A DNA stretch of 64,000 nt. Origin: Macrostomum hystrix (taxonomy: Eukaryota > Animalia > Platyhelminthes). The translations under genes and the position numbers were made by a program. Each line of letters starts with the position of its first letter. The stretch's first letter is position 1. A model generated the notes under the pieces. It was not told where the DNA came from and ran no database searches. It was given only the letters and a program-made list of their open reading frames with translations. Where the stretch lies: the NCBI GenBank assembly GCA_950097015.1, contig CATNEN010000001.1:27491946-27555945 (forward strand), read 5' to 3'. Shown one piece after another: positions 60,771 to 64,000 of this stretch.

Positions 60771-61505
60771 TCCGGGAATGCCGCTCAGGCTGGCAGGCGG
60801 GTAGGCAAACCTGAGAAGATAACAGTGGCAGTTGAGTCTTAGAGAAGATCACAGCCTGACAGTGGCTCGGGCATGGCACTCGGTCGCACACTCCGATCCT
60901 GGATGTCGCATTTCTAGTCCAGAAGGTGGCGTGCGGTCGCCTCACAGTCAGGCTGGGCAACATGGTCCATGAAAGATGGATCTATCTAAAAAGCAATTTA
61001 TAGAATCAGTTTTCCTTGTTACACCAAGGAATCGTGCATTCATATGTACGAGTATCAGCTCACGGAATAATACAAAGTGAAGCATTGTATTGCTTGAGAT
61101 TCAGCTCACCCTGGATAGGTCTGAGCGAACACGGAATTACGGGCGCTGCTTCCGCACTTCTGTGTTTGATTTTCCCGAGCAGGCCCAGTTGCAATCGGAC
61201 TCACATCGCCGCTCCATAGAGCCCATAGGACAGGCCGCAAAGCACTGATAGCTGTATTGTAGACCGAAGTACGGAAAGCCGCCAAGAGAGCAGATTTTGC
61301 TGCAGAGCTCGCCGCGTCATGCTGCTGTACACTCCGGCGCTGTCGCTGTGAGCGAATTCCCGAGCCTGCTCACCCGTGCAGCCCGTTCAGATCTCTGACG
61401 CTTGAGGAGTTATCGATGAAGCAGCCGATGTAGGAGAACTGAGCGACCCTGGCAGCTGCGATGGGTCAGGCAGCAGATGGTGGCAAGCAGAACTCTGATC
61501 ATCAT
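60750..61505 (-). pseudogene. WSC-PAN paralog 9 (exons ~61505-61110, ~60985-60750; multiple 1-nt indels)
   Basis: MMIRVLLATICCL..ARVAQFSYIGCFIDNSSSVRDLNG...CSLGGFPYFGLQYSYQCFCG...; exon 2 FWTRNATS...CQAVIFSK...GDYYLRG*. Confidence 0.72.
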
Positions 61506-62217
61506 TTCAGGAAGCTCTTCTTCACTGGCCAGCAGTCCAGAAGGCAATCGTTTTAACTAGAGTTCTTCTTGACGCTGCAATTCTTACTGCAGTGGACACT
61601 GCACTCCTCATCCCGTGAGCAGTCCTCACCTAATCAGAAGGCTGCAGTGCCTGGCTAGCTGTAGTGAATTTAGGCCCAGTGCTTTGGACCAGCAATATTT
61701 TCATATTTCCATGGAAACAGATCTTTTTCCAAGCTCTTTTTCTCGAGCAAGGACTCAGAACTCAGAATACTGCTCAAGAAACCACAATCCAACAAGAAGC
61801 AGCCTCGAAAGAAAGGGTTGAATAAAAAACAACCAATATGCTGGTAGCGACATTTACATTTGTTAAAATGATTTCAATCACTCTCTTAAAATGGAATCTT
61901 AATTGTACCTGCTAGCAAGACCGTAACACTGCAGCAAAAACTCCAGTAACAATTGAAGCGAACAAGAATAGAAAAACCACAGTTCTGCGTCCACCGGAAT
62001 GACAACACAGCTAAATAACTGCCTCGAAGTGCAGGCTTTTGATTTAACACAGCCGTCATATTTGGGGTATAAAAATAGCATCTGTGGATTCTGCATGTGG
62101 GAGTCACCATGTCAGGAAAACAAATTTGGATTTAGGAAAGAAAACAAGAGAAAAACGTGTCGCAAAACTAAATGTAATCTGAAATGCCTAACAATCAACT
62201 CTAAAAAATTAAAAAAA

Positions 62218-62808
62218 GCTCAGCTGTCCCCTTCAGCTCGCCTGTCCAATCTGCTCACCTGTCCCTTCAGCTCACCTGTCCCTTCAGCTCACCTGTCCAA
62301 TCTACTCACCTGTCCCTTCAGCTCACCTGTCCCTTCAGCTCGCCTGTCCAATCTGCTCACCTGTCCCTTCAGCTCACCTGTCCCTTCAGCTCACCTGTCC
62401 AATCTACTCACCTGTCCCTTCAGCTCACCTGTCCCTTCAGCTCACCTGTCCAATCTGCTCACCTGTCCCTTCAGCTAACCTGTCCCTTCAGCTCACCTGT
62501 CCCTTCAGCTCACGTGTCCCTTAAGCTCACCTGTCCCTTCAGCTCACGTGTCCCTTCAGCTCACCTGTCACTTCAGCTCACCTGTCCCCTTCAGCTCACG
62601 TGTCCCTTCAGCTCACCTGTCACTTCAGCTCACCTGTCCCTTCAGCTCACGTGTCCCTTCAGCTCACCTGTCCCTTCAGCTCACCTGTCCCTTAAGCTCA
62701 CCTGTCCCTTCAGCTCACCTGTCCCTTCAGCTCACCTGTCCCTTCAGCTCACCTGTCCCTTCAGCTCACCTGTCCCTTCAGCTCACGTGTCCCTTCAGCT
62801 CACCTGTC
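62218..62808. repeat. 17-bp CCTTCAGCTCACCTGTC minisatellite
   Basis: Seen directly. Confidence 0.92.
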
Positions 62809-63719
62809 TATTTAGGAGCTCATGCCTCCAGTCCTCAATCTGAACAGTGTTACAGACTGAATCGTAAAATAGTGCTTTGTTGTAAGTTCAGTTGTCAAGG
62901 ACGAGTGTGAGTTTTGTATTTTTCGAAAAAATTGCAAGTAAATTGTCGCGATGTGAGTGAAAACCATAGGACCACTAGAGGAAGGAAGCGACATTTCGTT
63001 TCTTGGAAAATTTATTATAAAGGCATTAAATATATTTATTTTGTTAAATAAAATGAATATCAATATTCATAATTGATGCTTTTTTTAAATCGTTGAAGCA
63101 TCATGTTTTGAAAGTTGTGCTTAAATAAATGCATTGGATCTGCTTCCGATATGAATTTATTACCATTTTAATGTGAAAAAGTGAAAATTTTCTACCTCGC
63201 TAGTGTTTTTCCCCGAGAAAATCTGCCTTTTTACAATTACTACTCATTATAGTACATCTTAAGCTGTCAAAGTCTGTCACTTAGCGAATGTCAGTTTGTC
63301 AGATATCACGCTGGTGAGCACTTGAGGGTGTTGTCATTTCATTTTCCTCTTCTTATCTGAAAGCAAAGCGACTTTCTTGACAACGAGAAAATTGCATATT
63401 ACAAAATTACAAAGGCATTTGTCTCACCTGTCAATTGCTTCTGGGATAAGTCACACACAACACGACAAGCGCACGCACAATCATAAAAGATCACAAAGAA
63501 CTTCACTAAGCCATCATACAGGGTGACAGACATTGCGATAAATAACTTTGAGTTCTGATTCAGGTGACACTCGTACCTGTGAGTTCAAAATATCCCAACA
63601 GATTTCTGCAGTTGAGAATTTTTGAAACAGTGTATGAAACGTCCAAACCTAATTAGAAAGGTGTCCCGTTCCCAATGGCTTCTGAATACCTAAAACTCTT
63701 GCAGGATACCTATAACTCA

Positions 63720-63876
63720 AGTGGTTGGGATTCTGAAAGTGGTTGGGATTCTGAAAGTGGTTGGGATTCTGAAAGTGGTTGGGATTCTGAAAGTGGTTGG
63801 GATTCTGAAAGTGGTTGGGATTCTGAAAGTGGTTGGGATTCTGAAAGTGGTTGGGATTCTGGAAGTGGTTGGGATC
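63720..63876. repeat. 18-bp AGTGGTTGGGATTCTGAA tandem repeat, ~8.5 units
   Basis: Seen directly. Confidence 0.92.
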
Positions 63877-64000
63877 TATGCAGGCTTATGCAAATAAATG
63901 AAAATTTATTGATGTTTTAGGAGCAATGAATTATTGTACCTGTCAATTACTGGCTGATTGTTGGCCATCTGACTTTTCTCGAGAACGTAGCAAAGTAAAA

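Noticed and set aside
63675-63920. SGWDSE-repeat protein
   Set aside because: Translation of an 18-bp tandem repeat with no other support.

Overview
Eukaryotic (invertebrate animal) genomic DNA. The GT-AG introns, dense minisatellites and tRNA-SINEs fit a flatworm such as Macrostomum, but that is inference. The window has three main components. (1) The 3' ~2,190 codons of a cilia/flagella gene matching CFAP46 (TTC40): 22 phase-consistent exons on + at 19668-44717, with unrelated minisatellites in many introns. (2) A cluster of about 10 paralogs or remnants of a small two-exon secreted protein gene (signal peptide + WSC domain, phase-1 intron, PAN/apple-like domain, ~210 aa), lying on both sides of the CFAP46 segment. 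(3) A nested transposon block at 3300-13758: two tandem non-autonomous Helitrons, each carrying a hAT-type MITE, with a young Ty3/gypsy LTR element inserted in the second. The most unusual observation is that the 21-bp minisatellite beside the WSC-PAN genes is the genes' own last six codons plus the stop codon (GAC TAC TAC CTG TGT GGC TGA = DYYLCG*). It is amplified in frame directly behind the stop, from ~1 to ~116 copies depending on the paralog. Also notable: an array of 17 x 25-nt units, each shaped like a complete mini-intron, at a CFAP46 splice donor, and a Penelope-like remnant with a minimal hammerhead ribozyme. Many single-base indels, mostly right of ~44 kb, may be long-read consensus errors, so the pseudogene calls there are provisional. 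No database searches were run; family assignments come from motif recognition.
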